Assembly (NCBI GenBank): GCA_040397175.1
Contig: JBBAWM010000001.1
Location: 89,976 to 153,975, forward strand
Direction: 5' to 3'
Origin: Candidatus Limnocylindrus sp.
Lineage (GTDB): Bacteria > Chloroflexota > Limnocylindria > Limnocylindrales > Limnocylindraceae
DNA length: 64,000 bases
Shown piece after piece: positions 24,297-35,415 of this stretch. The notes under the pieces were generated by a model that was not told the DNA's origin, ran no database searches, and worked only from the letters and a program-made list of their open reading frames with translations. Positions within the stretch are counted from its first letter, which is position 1, and each line of letters begins with the position of its first letter. Position numbers and translations under genes: made by a program.

Positions 24297-24300
24297 TTCG

Positions 24301-24978
24301 ATGAGTCTCGCCTTGGCTGCCACCGCCACGATCGACGTGCGTCAAGAACAGCTCGATCGCGATACACGTTTCATTGCAGCACTCGAGTTCCTCCTGTCGG
24401 AGAGTGGGTCAACGCACACTGCGGCTGAGTTGGTTGAGCTCAGCGATGGGCCGGAGGGACTCCTGCGAGGGGACACGTTTGGCCGACTGCTACGCGCCGG
24501 CGTACCGAACCAGACTGCGGAGCATGTCACCCGCACCATCAGCGCCGCACACGATCTCACCGCCTGGTGGCCGGCAGAACGAACACGCGTGCAGGCGCCG
24601 GCTGACCTTGCCGCGATTGCCCAACCGCTCTTTGGCAGATCGGCACACGAGCAGCTCCACATTGCCATCGTCGATGGTCGAAACGGGCTCCTCGACATGC
24701 GCCATGTCTACACGGGAACCGCTACGGGCACGAGTGTGCGCATCGGTGAGCTTCTGCGGCCGGTCCTTGCGGCCGAGGGTGTTGGCTTCGCCGCCGTCCA
24801 TAACCATCCGAGCGGCGACCCCGAGCCTTCCGATGAAGACCTTCGGCTGACGAGCGAGCTCCTCGCTGCCGCCCGACTACTCGACCTTGAGTTCCTGGAC
24901 CACCTCGTCATCGGGCACGGTCGCTGGGTAAGCATTCGTTCGAAGCGGCCTGCGATCTGGGGTGGCGAGGCGCCATAG
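24301..24978 (+). CDS. radC: RadC-like JAB domain protein (UPF0758)
   Basis: E...HNHPSGDPEPSDED...LDHLVIG JAB motif; upstream of mreB; SD GGAGG. Confidence 0.85.
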   Translation: MSLALAATATIDVRQEQLDRDTRFIAALEFLLSESGSTHTAAELVELSDGPEGLLRGDTFGRLLRAGVPNQTAEHVTRTISAAHDLTAWWPAERTRVQAPADLAAIAQPLFGRSAHEQLHIAIVDGRNGLLDMRHVYTGTATGTSVRIGELLRPVLAAEGVGFAAVHNHPSGDPEPSDEDLRLTSELLAAARLLDLEFLDHLVIGHGRWVSIRSKRPAIWGGEAP

Positions 24979-25020
24979 GGGGAGGGCAGGGGTGCGCGGG
25001 GTGGGTGCTACCATCGCGCC

Positions 25021-26073
25021 ATGCTTGACCGAATCTATAACCTCTTCTCGCGCGATATCGGGATTGACCTCGGCACGGCCAATACGCTGGTACACGTTGC
25101 GGGCAAGGGCGTCGTCATTAGCGAGCCGTCGGTGGTTGCAGTTGAGACGAAATCACGGAAGGTGATCGCCATTGGCGCCGAAGCGAAGCGCATGCTCGGC
25201 CGCACCCCCGCAAACATCGTGGCGATTCGACCACTGCGCGATGGCGTGATCTCCGATGCGGCGGTAACGGAACAGATGATTAGCTACTACGTGCGCAAGG
25301 TGCACCAGGGCGGATGGCTCTCTGCGCGACCACGCATGATCATTGGCATCCCCTCAGGGGTGACCGAGGTAGAGAAGCGTGCCGTGCGTGACGCCGCAAT
25401 TCGAGCGGGCGCACGTTGGGTTCGCCTCGTTGAGGAGCCGATGGCTGCGGCGATCGGTGCTGGCCTTGCCGTCGGTGAGCCAAACGGGAGCATGATCGTT
25501 GACATTGGTGGCGGCACCACCGAGGTTGCCGTGACCAGCCTTGGTGGCATCGTCACCGCGCGCAGTATTCGAATCGCGGGTGACGAGATGGATGAGAACA
25601 TCGTTGCCTACGCCCGACGTCAGTACAACCTCCTCCTCGGCGAGCGCACTGCTGAAGACATCAAGATGGCCGTCGGATCAGCGCACTCTGGCGAGTGGGA
25701 CTCTCAGCGCATCACCTTCCGCGGACGCGATCTGCTCACCGGCTTGCCGCGTGCAGTAGAGGTTGCAGCGCCGCAGGTGCGCGAGGCGCTTGAGCCGTCC
25801 ATCGTTGAAATCATCAACGCCGTACGGGACACCATCGAAGAGACGCCGCCAGAACTCGTTGCCGACATCATGGATCAAGGCATCGTGCTCGCGGGTGGTG
25901 GTGCACTCTTGCTCGGCATGGATGTGCGCCTCGCGGCCGAAACGAAGATGCCAGTTCGCATCGCCGATGATCCGTTGACCTGCGTTGTGCGCGGCACCGG
26001 CATCATCCTGGAAGAGGTTGAGGCGCTCGAGAAGATGCTCGTCCCTGAGACCTACCAGCGGCCACTACGCTAA
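25021..26073 (+). CDS. mreB: Rod shape-determining protein MreB
   Basis: IGIDLGTANT, EEPMAAAIGAG, VDIGGGTTEVA and LAGGGALL motifs. Confidence 0.97.
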   Translation: MLDRIYNLFSRDIGIDLGTANTLVHVAGKGVVISEPSVVAVETKSRKVIAIGAEAKRMLGRTPANIVAIRPLRDGVISDAAVTEQMISYYVRKVHQGGWLSARPRMIIGIPSGVTEVEKRAVRDAAIRAGARWVRLVEEPMAAAIGAGLAVGEPNGSMIVDIGGGTTEVAVTSLGGIVTARSIRIAGDEMDENIVAYARRQYNLLLGERTAEDIKMAVGSAHSGEWDSQRITFRGRDLLTGLPRAVEVAAPQVREALEPSIVEIINAVRDTIEETPPELVADIMDQGIVLAGGGALLLGMDVRLAAETKMPVRIADDPLTCVVRGTGIILEEVEALEKMLVPETYQRPLR

Positions 26074-26080
26074 TCTCGCC

Positions 26081-26956
26081 ATGCTCCCCCGAGACCGTGG
26101 CGAACGGAATCCGCAGGCTGGCCTCTTCGCAATTGGCGTTGTACTCGCCATCAATGGACTCCTCTTCCTCCTCTCCGGCAGTGCGCCGGTGCTCGCGGTG
26201 CAGGGCGCCGCGGGAGAGTTCGTGCGGACGGTCAGCGAGCCTGTAGCGGCAGTCGGACGGGGGATCGCCTCTGTGCGCGACCTCTTTGTCGATATTCGTA
26301 GCGTGCAGGCTCGACTCGCCGCGCTGCTTGAAGAGCGCGATCAGCTCAGCGCTGAGGCTGCCCGCTCTGCCAGCTTGGAGCGTGAGGTAGCCGAACTGCA
26401 GGCCACGCTCGACCTCCGTGCAACGACCTCGTTCACGACGGTCGCCGCTCAGGTTGTCGCGCGTGATTTCGCGATCGATCGGCGATATGTGATCTTGGAT
26501 GTTGGGAGCGTCGACGGCGTGCGGGTCGGTGACGTTGTGATCGGCGCTGGTGCATCCCTGGCTGGGCGCGTCGTGCAGGTGTCAGACCAGAGCTGTCAGG
26601 TGCGGCTCCTTACCGACCCCGAATTCTCGGTCACCTCTGAGGTCGCGGCAACAGGTGCGATTGGACAGGTTCGAGGTCGAGCGGCGAATCCACTCGCCTT
26701 TGACGATGTTGACGCCCAACGCCAGGTGCTTGTTGGCGCCGAAATCACGACCTCTGGGATCGAATTGAGCCCAACGTTACGCTCCGCGTTCCCGAGGGGA
26801 CTCTCCGTGGGCCGAGTCGTTGCGGTGAACAACATCGCCTCTGCCGTTCTCCAGAGCGCTGATGTTCAGCCAACGCTCAACTTAGACTCAATCAGAACGC
26901 TGTTGGTGATCCTCAATTACCGCGGCGGGCTGCCTGAGCCGAGCGTGACGCCGTAG
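26081..26956 (+). CDS. mreC: Rod shape-determining protein MreC
   Basis: N-terminal TM, coiled coil, LDVGSVDGV, RLLTDP and TSG...FPRGLSVG; follows mreB. Confidence 0.9.
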   Translation: MLPRDRGERNPQAGLFAIGVVLAINGLLFLLSGSAPVLAVQGAAGEFVRTVSEPVAAVGRGIASVRDLFVDIRSVQARLAALLEERDQLSAEAARSASLEREVAELQATLDLRATTSFTTVAAQVVARDFAIDRRYVILDVGSVDGVRVGDVVIGAGASLAGRVVQVSDQSCQVRLLTDPEFSVTSEVAATGAIGQVRGRAANPLAFDDVDAQRQVLVGAEITTSGIELSPTLRSAFPRGLSVGRVVAVNNIASAVLQSADVQPTLNLDSIRTLLVILNYRGGLPEPSVTP

Positions 26957-27728
26957 CCGCTCGCTTCGACATCTTCTTCTTGTAGGCGGCGATCACTCGC
27001 TTCGCTGGACCATCCGCCACGATCCGGCCACCTTCAAGCTCAATGGCTCGCGTGCAGAATGTTGCCGCAGAGTCGAGATCGTGCGTTACGAAGACGATTG
27101 CCCGCGCCCGCCTCACCAGCTCGGTAATGCGACTACGTGATTTTGCAATGAATGCGGCATCACCAGTAGAGAGCACCTCATCAAGCAGCAGCACATCGGG
27201 CTCGACGGAGGTGGCGACGCTGAAGCCCAACCGAGCGCGCATACCAGAGCTGTAGGCACGCACCTCGGCGTCGGCGAAATCTTCGAGCCCGGAGAATTCG
27301 ATGATTTCTGGCACGCGTTGGACCATCTCCCTGTGTGGGACGCCAAGGAACTCACCAACGAGGAGGGCATTCTCACGAGCGTTCAGTTCCGGGTCAAACC
27401 CCGCACCAAGCTGAAGGAGCGTGGCAATCTTTCCGCGAACCTCGACCTTTCCGACCGTTGGTTCGAGGATGCCGGCAAGCACCTGCAGCATCGTGCTCTT
27501 TCCCGCACCGTTCGGGCCAATCACTGCAACAGACTCTCCAGCCTCTACGCGAAAGTCAACCTCGCGCAGCGCCCAGAACTTGCCGCTCTGGGAGTGCCGT
27601 CCGTCGCGCATCACGGTGTCGCGAAGCTTGCGCTTCTTGTTCAGGCGCAAGTCGTACTGCACCCCAAGCCCGGAGAGCAAGATTGGCGGCGGTGTCGGTG
27701 TTACCCGCTTTGACGTTCGCTGTGCCAT
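26913..27728 (-). CDS. Polysaccharide/teichoic acid ABC exporter ATP-binding subunit (Wzt/TagH-like)
   Basis: FWALREVDF, GPNGAGKST, GAGFDPELNAREN, YSSGMRARLGFS and LLLDEVLSTGD motifs. Confidence 0.92.
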   Translation of the reverse strand: MAQRTSKRVTPTPPPILLSGLGVQYDLRLNKKRKLRDTVMRDGRHSQSGKFWALREVDFRVEAGESVAVIGPNGAGKSTMLQVLAGILEPTVGKVEVRGKIATLLQLGAGFDPELNARENALLVGEFLGVPHREMVQRVPEIIEFSGLEDFADAEVRAYSSGMRARLGFSVATSVEPDVLLLDEVLSTGDAAFIAKSRSRITELVRRARAIVFVTHDLDSAATFCTRAIELEGGRIVADGPAKRVIAAYKKKMSKRAATASRSAQAARRGN

Positions 27729-28583
27729 CTAGAGCACCTTCACAAAGAGTGGTGAAACCCGTCGAAAGAGGTAGACCGAGAGCAGGATCACTGGAATCGA
27801 GGCGAGGGCGAGAAGGCCGAGTGGCACCCAATCTGGGGAGCGGCCGTAGTAGAGGGCATCACGGTAGCCGGAGAAGATCCAGGTGAAGGGATTGATGTCG
27901 ACGAAGAAGTTGAACCAGGGGTGTCGTGCGCCAATGGCACGGAGCGTCTCGATCGGAAAGAGCGCTGGCGAGAGGTAGAACCAGATGCGCAGCGCGTGGG
28001 GGATGAAGTTGGAGATATCACGGAAGAAGACCGCCAATGCGCTGAGGGCGATCACCGCGGGGATGGTCCAGAGGAACTGCACGACGGCGACGGGGAGAAC
28101 GGCGATGGCCCAGGGGCTAAGCCGATCGGGATAGATCAGGTAGAGCGCCCCAAGCGGCACGAGGGCGAAGAGGAAGCTTGTGACGCTCGCAAGCACGGAG
28201 GCCGCTGGAAGGACGAGGTGAGGGAAGGCGATCTGGCGCATCACCTGCTCACGACCGCGCACCGAGGTCGTGGCAGAGGCAAGCGCAGCGGTGAACCACT
28301 TCCAGGGGAGGATGGCCGCGCCGAGGAAGAGGAGGATGGCTGGTTGGCTGCGATGGAAGATAACGTTGACGAGCAGGAAGTACACAAAGAGCTGCAAGGC
28401 CGGGTCAAGGAACCACCAGATGTTGCCAAGGAGCGAGTTCGTCCCCTTGTTTCGGACCTCAGAGATCGTCAGATACCAGACGAGGCGGCGGCGCTCAACA
28501 AGTGAGGCGAGGCTCTCGAGGATGGTGCCAATGCTGCCTCGGCGCGGCCTACCGACGGTCAGTTCCGTGCTGTGGGTCGTCAT
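27729..28583 (-). CDS. Polysaccharide ABC exporter permease (Wzm/TagG-like)
   Basis: SLLGNIWWFLDP, VFFRDI, FYLSPALFP and INPF motifs. Confidence 0.9.
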   Translation of the reverse strand: MTTHSTELTVGRPRRGSIGTILESLASLVERRRLVWYLTISEVRNKGTNSLLGNIWWFLDPALQLFVYFLLVNVIFHRSQPAILLFLGAAILPWKWFTAALASATTSVRGREQVMRQIAFPHLVLPAASVLASVTSFLFALVPLGALYLIYPDRLSPWAIAVLPVAVVQFLWTIPAVIALSALAVFFRDISNFIPHALRIWFYLSPALFPIETLRAIGARHPWFNFFVDINPFTWIFSGYRDALYYGRSPDWVPLGLLALASIPVILLSVYLFRRVSPLFVKVL

Positions 28584-28657
28584 GAGAGGGCGAGGATAGC
28601 ACCCGTCCCCCCTATACTGCCCCTAACCAGGCACCTACTGAAGGAGGATCGCTGAGC

Positions 28658-30397
28658 ATGAACCCAATCGCACGCCTTCGCGCCAGAGCCGCCGCCCGGT
28701 ACCAGGCCGCCGACAAGACAGCGCTCACCAACCTCTCGTTCGTGTTGGCAATCGCCCTGACAGCGGTGCTCCTCGTTGGCTATGCCGGCTACACCGTGTA
28801 CAACGGCACCTTGGCCTCCGCGGTCGAGGTCAACAACGCATCGATCAACAAGTCGGAGGCGAAGGGCCGTGCCGAGGTCACCGCATTCCAACTTGCCGTG
28901 CAAGGTGCACGGATCCGTGCCCGGGTTGCCGCTGGCACCATGACGAACACGGCGGGTGATACCGCGCTCCAGGCGCTGAACAATCAGGCGCAGGCGATTA
29001 GCACTCAGGTCACGGCCGATATGGTCGACACCCTCCTCATCCGTGACCTTGCCGCCGCAAATGGCATCACCGTTGACCCTGCCGCAGCTGCCGCCGAATG
29101 GGCGAAGGAGACGATGCTCCCAGAGTTGCGCCTCTTCCGCCGCATTAGCATCGATGCAGCCAACGATCCAAAGACGAAGAAGCCGACCGCTGCGACACGA
29201 GCGGCAGCGAAGGCAAAGGCCGACGCGATCTTGGCCGAGCTCAAGGCGGGTGGGGACTTTGCCGCAGCTGCCAAGCGGGATTCAACCGACGCATTTGCCG
29301 AACTCGGTGGGCTCGTTGGATGGAGCACGCGGGCCGAAGATCCAGCCGACGACCTTGGCTATACAGCCGCGTGGGCGCTCGTTCCATCAGCCGATGGTGC
29401 TGGTCAGCCGATCACGGACGTCATTGCTCGGACTGAGAATCAGTTCGTCATCTTCCGACTCGAGAAGTCCCAGGCATCCAAGCTCGATCCAGACTTTGAG
29501 AAGCAGGTGAGTGATGCAGGGATCGATCGCGGCCTCTACCAGCGCATGACTGAGGAGCGCGCGTTGAAGACCGCCCTCAGCGACAAGATCACCGCTCAGC
29601 TGCTGGTTGGTCCAGTAGAGCAGCGTGAGGTGAGCTACGTAGCCGCCTCAGTTCCAACAAAGGATGAGGCGGAGATCCAGGTGAGCCACATTCTCTTTAG
29701 CCCCAAGAACGATCCCAACACTGCGGCTGACCTTGACCCAGCTGACCCGGCCTGGGCAGCCGCCGAGAAAGAGGCGAGCGACCTGGTGGCGCGCTTGAAG
29801 GCTGGTGCCAACTTCGCTACCGAGGCGAAGAAGAGCGACGACACGACATCCGGTGCCGACGGCGGCCTCCTCGCGTGGACGCCGAAGGGCACCTATGTCC
29901 CAGAATTCGAGGCCGCAATTTGGGCGAACGGTGTGCAGCACAACGATATCCTCGGGCCAATCAAGACGCAGTTTGGCTATCACGTGATTAAGTTCGACGC
30001 GCGGCGCCCTTCGTTGAAGGATCGTCTCGACGAGCTTGCCAAGACGCTTGCCGTCGATGGCGTTGACTTCAAGAAGGCAGCGACAACCGCGACCACCACC
30101 ATCGGGGAGCTCACCTACGCTAGCCCATTATTTGTTGCGAAGTCCACGCTCAACCCAGATCTGGGCGGTGTTGTCTGGGGGCTAAAATCGAACGGCACGA
30201 GTGCCGTGGTCGAGAGTTCAAAGACCTATCTCATCGTGCACGTTGGCGGGATTGAAACACGCGCGTTGACCGCAGACCAAGTGAAGCAGATCACAGCGAA
30301 CGGCTTCTCGATCTGGCTCGACCGATACCGCACTGCGGCGCGCGTGGCGGTTGATGGCAACGTGGTGCAGGAGGCTGGGGCTTCGCCAACTCCGTGA
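28658..30397 (+). CDS. Membrane-anchored parvulin-type peptidylprolyl isomerase (PrsA/SurA-like, two PpiC domains)
   Basis: DFAAAAKRDSTD..GGLVGW; VSHILF..NFATEAKKSDD..GGLLAW..YVPEFE..IKTQFGYHVIK. Confidence 0.88.
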   Translation: MNPIARLRARAAARYQAADKTALTNLSFVLAIALTAVLLVGYAGYTVYNGTLASAVEVNNASINKSEAKGRAEVTAFQLAVQGARIRARVAAGTMTNTAGDTALQALNNQAQAISTQVTADMVDTLLIRDLAAANGITVDPAAAAAEWAKETMLPELRLFRRISIDAANDPKTKKPTAATRAAAKAKADAILAELKAGGDFAAAAKRDSTDAFAELGGLVGWSTRAEDPADDLGYTAAWALVPSADGAGQPITDVIARTENQFVIFRLEKSQASKLDPDFEKQVSDAGIDRGLYQRMTEERALKTALSDKITAQLLVGPVEQREVSYVAASVPTKDEAEIQVSHILFSPKNDPNTAADLDPADPAWAAAEKEASDLVARLKAGANFATEAKKSDDTTSGADGGLLAWTPKGTYVPEFEAAIWANGVQHNDILGPIKTQFGYHVIKFDARRPSLKDRLDELAKTLAVDGVDFKKAATTATTTIGELTYASPLFVAKSTLNPDLGGVVWGLKSNGTSAVVESSKTYLIVHVGGIETRALTADQVKQITANGFSIWLDRYRTAARVAVDGNVVQEAGASPTP

Positions 30398-31623
30398 CCG
30401 CGAAGGGTCTCGGCCGATCACTCGACGCGCTCATCGCGGTGGCAGGGCGCGTTGATCCCACCCTCAATCCGGCGGGTGGGATCACGATCGTTTCGTTGCG
30501 CCACTGTGGAGCAACGGCTTTCGACACTGCTCGACCCCTCATCGTGCTCCTCGACACCGACGACAGTGATCAAGCCCTCCCCGGTCGTCGTGGCACAGGC
30601 TGGGAACTCCTCACGCGCCTCTATGGTGCTGACCGTGTGGTGACGTTGCTTCCGAGTGGGGAACGCGGCACGGTTGCCACCTGCGAAGCGGGCGGCACGG
30701 GCGACGACCAGGCCATCTACGTGGCCGGCCTTGCGCCGCTCGAAGCGCTCGCCTCGCCCTGGACGATGCCGTGGCTGAGCGCCCGACTTCGTGCCCCCGA
30801 TGGTTGCCCCTGGGATCGCGAGCAGACTCATGCCTCGTTGGCGAAACACCTGATTGAGGAGGCGTGGGAGCTTAATGATGCAATCATGGAGCTAGATGCG
30901 GCCAGCGACGCAGAGCGACCACGAGCCACGGCGCACCTTGCGGAAGAGCTCGGTGATGTGTTGTTGCAGGTGGTGCTGCACGCACAGATCGCGCACGAGC
31001 GCGGCGACTTTGACCTTACCGATGTACACGACGGCCTCGTACGCAAGATCGTACGACGGCACCCACACGTCTTCGGTGAGGCCAGCGCGGCGACCACGCG
31101 AGATGTGCAGCGAAACTGGGAGGCGATCAAGGCAAGCGAGCGGGCTGCAGCTGGCACCGATGAGAAGGTACCGAGTGCACTTGATGGTGTGAGCCGTGGA
31201 CTCCCAGCGCTCTCGGCGAGCCGTGAGCTCCAAGACCGCGCCAGCGCCGTCGGCTACGACTGGCCCAACCTTGACGGCGTACGGGCGAAGATCAGCGAAG
31301 AGTTGGCAGAGCTTGACGAGGCGCTCGCCGAGGCTGGCCACCCTGATCAGATCACCAGCACGCCAGCGCGCAGTGCAGCAGCGTTGGCGCATGCGCAGGA
31401 GGAGCTGGGCGACGTGCTCGCGGTGATCGTGAACCTGGGTCGGCGGAGCGGCATTGACGCCGAGGCTGCCTTGCGCGGGGCCAACGATAAGTTCCGACGC
31501 CGCTTCGGTGACGTTGAGCGTCGTGCCGCTTCGCGCGGGATCTCCCTAAAAGATGCAGACTTCACCACATTAGATGCGCTCTGGGATGAGGCAAAAGCCG
31601 CCGAGCGTGAAGCGAAAGGGTAG
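30394..31623 (+). CDS. mazG: Nucleoside triphosphate pyrophosphohydrolase MazG with N-terminal extension
   Basis: [41 protein letters not shown], second EELGD and KFRRRF motifs. Confidence 0.93.
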   Translation: MTAKGLGRSLDALIAVAGRVDPTLNPAGGITIVSLRHCGATAFDTARPLIVLLDTDDSDQALPGRRGTGWELLTRLYGADRVVTLLPSGERGTVATCEAGGTGDDQAIYVAGLAPLEALASPWTMPWLSARLRAPDGCPWDREQTHASLAKHLIEEAWELNDAIMELDAASDAERPRATAHLAEELGDVLLQVVLHAQIAHERGDFDLTDVHDGLVRKIVRRHPHVFGEASAATTRDVQRNWEAIKASERAAAGTDEKVPSALDGVSRGLPALSASRELQDRASAVGYDWPNLDGVRAKISEELAELDEALAEAGHPDQITSTPARSAAALAHAQEELGDVLAVIVNLGRRSGIDAEAALRGANDKFRRRFGDVERRAASRGISLKDADFTTLDALWDEAKAAEREAKG

Positions 31624-31627
31624 GGGC

Positions 31628-32344
31628 ATGATGAGCAAGGAACGAGCAGACGGGCGCGCGGTCAACCAGCTCCGCGATCTAAAGATTGAACTCGGTGTGC
31701 AGAAGTGGGCCGAAGGTTCGGCGATCATCTCTGTCGGCAACACCGTCGTGATCTGCTCTGCCTCCATTGAGGAGCGCGTGCCGCCACACCTTCGCGGCAA
31801 GGGCACCGGATGGGTCACCGCCGAATACAGCATGCTGCCGCGCGCAACCAACACCCGCTCCGATCGCGAGGCGGTCCGCGGCAAACTTGGCGGTCGCACC
31901 CATGAGATCCAGCGCCTGATCGGCCGTGCCCTTCGCCAGTCGGTTGACCTCTCTAAAATTGGTGAGCGTTCGATTCTCATTGACTGTGACGTGCTTGTTG
32001 CCGATGGTGGCACTCGCTGCGCGAGCATCACTGGCGGTTGGATCGCCCTGGCCCTCGCCATGCGAGCGAAGAAGCTCGAGGCGCACCTGGTTCGTAACGT
32101 TGCCGCTGTGTCGGTCGGCATTGTCGACGGCCGAGCGGTACTAGACCTGCCGTACGAAGAGGATAGCCGCGCCGATGTGGACTTGAATGTGGTCGCCACC
32201 GATGCTGGTCACTATGTTGAGCTGCAAGGGACGGCTGAACAAGATCCGTTCCACCGCACCGCACTCGACGAGATGCTCAAGCTCGCCGATGCCGGCATTG
32301 CCGACCTGATCACGTTCCAGCGCGATACGCTCGCCGGCGCGTGA
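31628..32344 (+). CDS. rph: Ribonuclease PH
   Basis: [38 protein letters not shown] and ELQGTAE motifs. Confidence 0.97.
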   Translation: MMSKERADGRAVNQLRDLKIELGVQKWAEGSAIISVGNTVVICSASIEERVPPHLRGKGTGWVTAEYSMLPRATNTRSDREAVRGKLGGRTHEIQRLIGRALRQSVDLSKIGERSILIDCDVLVADGGTRCASITGGWIALALAMRAKKLEAHLVRNVAAVSVGIVDGRAVLDLPYEEDSRADVDLNVVATDAGHYVELQGTAEQDPFHRTALDEMLKLADAGIADLITFQRDTLAGA

Positions 32345-32943
32345 GCGGGCCGCGACGGCGGCTCCTTGTCGCCACTGGGTCGGCGCATAAGCTGATCGAA
32401 CTGCAACGCCTCTTCGGTGACCTGCCGATTGACTTGGTGACGCTCCGCGATCGTGGTATCACCGGCGAGGCCCCAGAAGATGGAGCGACGTTCGAAGAGA
32501 ACGCCATACAGAAGGCCCGCTGGTATGCGAGTGCCTCGGGCGAGTGGACGCTCGCCGACGATTCTGGCCTCGAAGTTGCCGCGCTGAACGGCGCGCCCGG
32601 CGTCTACACGCGTCGCTACGCCGGGCCAGATGCCACCGATCTGCAGAACTACGAGAAGCTTCTCGCCGAAACAGCGGGAGTCACCGATCGATCGGCGCGC
32701 TTTGTCTGCACGATGGCGCTGATTGATCCGGTCGACGGCTCAGAGCGCACCTTCCGCGGCGAGTGCCCTGGCACGCTCACGACGGCGCCACGAGGCGAGT
32801 TCGGCTTCGGATACGACCCAATCTTCGAAGTGGATGGTCGAACGATGGCTGAACGCTCACCCGCAGAGAAAGATGCCCTCAGTCATCGGGGTCGTGCCGC
32901 GAGCCTTGTTGTCGCCGCGCTGAGGAGTGAGCTGCAGGCTTAA
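32341..32943 (+). CDS. rdgB: Non-canonical purine NTP pyrophosphatase (HAM1)
   Basis: [29 protein letters not shown] and SHRGRA motifs. Confidence 0.95.
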   Translation: MSGPRRRLLVATGSAHKLIELQRLFGDLPIDLVTLRDRGITGEAPEDGATFEENAIQKARWYASASGEWTLADDSGLEVAALNGAPGVYTRRYAGPDATDLQNYEKLLAETAGVTDRSARFVCTMALIDPVDGSERTFRGECPGTLTTAPRGEFGFGYDPIFEVDGRTMAERSPAEKDALSHRGRAASLVVAALRSELQA

Positions 32944-34493
32944 GGACCTGGGGGAGGAGGCGTTGACGCCGCTGGCTCGGTGCTCTCAGGTGCAGAGGTT
33001 GGATCTGGCGTCGGAGTACGGTGCGACAACGGCAGCCCCGCGTCACACGTCACCAGCGTCGGATACGGGTGTACCGCGGTCGGCGATGCGCTTGGGCTGG
33101 GTGCCGGAGTGGCGCCACTCGCCAGCGGCGAAGGGACAAAGCTCGCCTCGGCGCCGAGCTTCGGTTCACTCTTCGTGGCGGGGAATCCCCAAGGGCGTGT
33201 TCCGGGCGTTGGGAAGAGGCGAGCGCCAAGCATCAGCATGCGATCTGGTTTGAAGAAGACCACTGAGCCGAAGGTGCTGAACTCGCCCTTGTGCCGATAG
33301 CGCAGGATGGTGTCGCCTGGCTCAATCACAGCGCGAACGATCTTGCTCGTGTCGAAGCCCCCGGCCGCCTCGGCGAGCACCGGAATCAGTGCCGGATTGA
33401 GATCGGTGCGAACACCGTCACCAATCACGTCCAAGAGCGAGAGGGCGTTGCTGACGAAGTTGCCACTTCGAGCCAGCTCGTCACGCGCCGCCAGTAGGAT
33501 TTCGATCTGTCGTGGGCCACGAGTCATATCGTCGGTGCCAGGCGCCTTGCGAATGCGCCCGTAGGCGAGTGCGCACTGCCCGCTCACGTGCCAATTACCC
33601 GACGGTAGTCGCACCCCGGCCATGCCTGTTCGATAGGTAACGTCAAAGATCTCTCGGTGAATGGTCAGGTCAACGCCTCCGAGCTGGTCAATGATCTTGA
33701 CGAAGGTCGGGATGATCACTACAGCTGTGGCATCGATCTTGACGTTGAACATGGCGCCGAGGGCGGTACTGAGCGCCACTGCCGGGCCAGCGGGATACAA
33801 CTTTGGGTGGCGCAATGCGTGCGACCAGAGCGAGTTGATCTTTGGAGCGTAGACGTCACCATTCCCGAGTGGCACGTTCACAAGGTCTCGAGGAATTGAG
33901 ACGGTGCTGACATACCCGCTGATTCGGTCCCAGCTGACGATGATCATGGCGTCGGTGTTGAATGAGTTGCGATTACCAACCGTGTCCGCACCGATCAGCA
34001 GCAGCGTGAAACGATCAGCAAGTGGTGGTGGCGTTGGCGTCGCGCTCTCAGCCGGGGAGCCGTCGGGGGTCGGGGTGCCGAAGCCCGAGAAGACATCAGC
34101 TGCTGCGACCTTGGCGCGATAGACGATCGCCGCCGCACCCGCCTGTGGTGCGATGGAGATAAGGAGCGCAAGTGCGAGCAGGATCGCCGAACGGCGAGTG
34201 CGCGTGGTGCCGCGCGCGGCATCTACGGTTACGGCAATGCGCCACGGAATGGAGAGGAGCAGGAGGGCAAAGAGCAGGGTGAGGCGGCCAGGCGTGGCAA
34301 TTGCAGCCGCAGTGCGCACCACGCCGAAGAGGAGGAGTGCGCCGGTGGTCGTCGTGACGATCACGAGGAGGGGGAGGGCGGAGAGGAGTGCGGCGCGACG
34401 TCGACCGCCAAGCCACTGGCCCAGCCCAGGCAGGATCGCCGATGCGACGGCGGATCGGAGGGAGCCGATTTTAGGCGTGGAATCAGGAGTCAT
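32940..34493 (-). CDS. LCP (LytR-CpsA-Psr) glycopolymer transferase with N-terminal TM segments
   Basis: [32 protein letters not shown] and DDMTRGPRQ motifs; Pro/Thr-rich tail. Confidence 0.9.
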   Translation of the reverse strand: MTPDSTPKIGSLRSAVASAILPGLGQWLGGRRRAALLSALPLLVIVTTTTGALLLFGVVRTAAAIATPGRLTLLFALLLLSIPWRIAVTVDAARGTTRTRRSAILLALALLISIAPQAGAAAIVYRAKVAAADVFSGFGTPTPDGSPAESATPTPPPLADRFTLLLIGADTVGNRNSFNTDAMIIVSWDRISGYVSTVSIPRDLVNVPLGNGDVYAPKINSLWSHALRHPKLYPAGPAVALSTALGAMFNVKIDATAVVIIPTFVKIIDQLGGVDLTIHREIFDVTYRTGMAGVRLPSGNWHVSGQCALAYGRIRKAPGTDDMTRGPRQIEILLAARDELARSGNFVSNALSLLDVIGDGVRTDLNPALIPVLAEAAGGFDTSKIVRAVIEPGDTILRYRHKGEFSTFGSVVFFKPDRMLMLGARLFPTPGTRPWGFPATKSEPKLGAEASFVPSPLASGATPAPSPSASPTAVHPYPTLVTCDAGLPLSHRTPTPDPTSAPESTEPAASTPPPPGP

Positions 34494-34541
34494 AGGGTGA
34501 TGATGCCACCCGAATGGGTGGAGCGTTTAGGATGAGCAGGT

Positions 34542-34619
<78 letters not shown>

Positions 34620-34680
34620 AACCTTTTCCCTCCTGCCCTCCAAACTTCGTCACCCAGATGGCCTCGTTTAGACTGATGCC

Positions 34681-35331
34681 ATGACGAGCCAGCCCCTCTC
34701 GGAGCGCCTCAGCGCCGGATACCGTCGTTTTCGCGCCGGTCGCTACAACGACGAGCGCGTGCGATATGACGAGCTTGCGCGCGAGGGGCAGAAGCCGCGC
34801 ACGATGATCGTTGCCTGTTCTGACTCGCGCTCTGCGCCAGAGACGATCTTCGATGCCGGCCCAGGTGAACTCTTTGTGGTGCGCAATGTCGCCGCCCTTG
34901 TTCCTCTCTACGCTCCCGATGCCAAGAGCCATGGGGCGAGTGCCGCCCTTGAGTTCGCCGTCCTCGGCCTCGAAGTCGACTCCATCGTGGTCATGGGGCA
35001 CGGGCGTTGTGGGGGCGTTGGTGCGGCGCTCGACCCCGCATCTCGGCTGACGGACTCTGACTTCATTGGCGCTTGGGTCGCCGACCTGCGGACGCTTGAC
35101 GAGCGAACCCCAGCCTCGACGGCTGGTGGACCAGCAGAGCGACAGCGCCTGATTGAGCACCTCAGCGTGCAGCAGTCGCTCGAGCATCTCCGCACCTTCC
35201 CGTGGATCGCCGAGCGCGAGCGCGCCGGCAGCCTCACGCTCCACGGCGCCTGGTTCGACATTTCGCTCGGGGAGCTCCATGCCCTTTCGGGCAGCGAATG
35301 GCTCCCACAGCCGTACGACCAGGCGGGGTGA
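34681..35331 (+). CDS. Beta-class carbonic anhydrase
   Basis: [20 protein letters not shown] and GHGRCGG Zn motifs. Confidence 0.95.
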   Translation: MTSQPLSERLSAGYRRFRAGRYNDERVRYDELAREGQKPRTMIVACSDSRSAPETIFDAGPGELFVVRNVAALVPLYAPDAKSHGASAALEFAVLGLEVDSIVVMGHGRCGGVGAALDPASRLTDSDFIGAWVADLRTLDERTPASTAGGPAERQRLIEHLSVQQSLEHLRTFPWIAERERAGSLTLHGAWFDISLGELHALSGSEWLPQPYDQAG

Positions 35332-35339
35332 CCCCTTCG

Positions 35340-35366
35340 GGAACCGCCAGCCCCGCTCGCTCGTTA
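35340..35366 (+). promoter_or_regulatory. Putative ECF sigma promoter
   Basis: GGAACC-N16-CGTTA upstream of the gene starting at 35416. Confidence 0.5.
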
Positions 35367-35415
35367 CGATACTGTTGGGGACACTCCCCACATAGAGATG
35401 AAGTTGAGGTGAACC

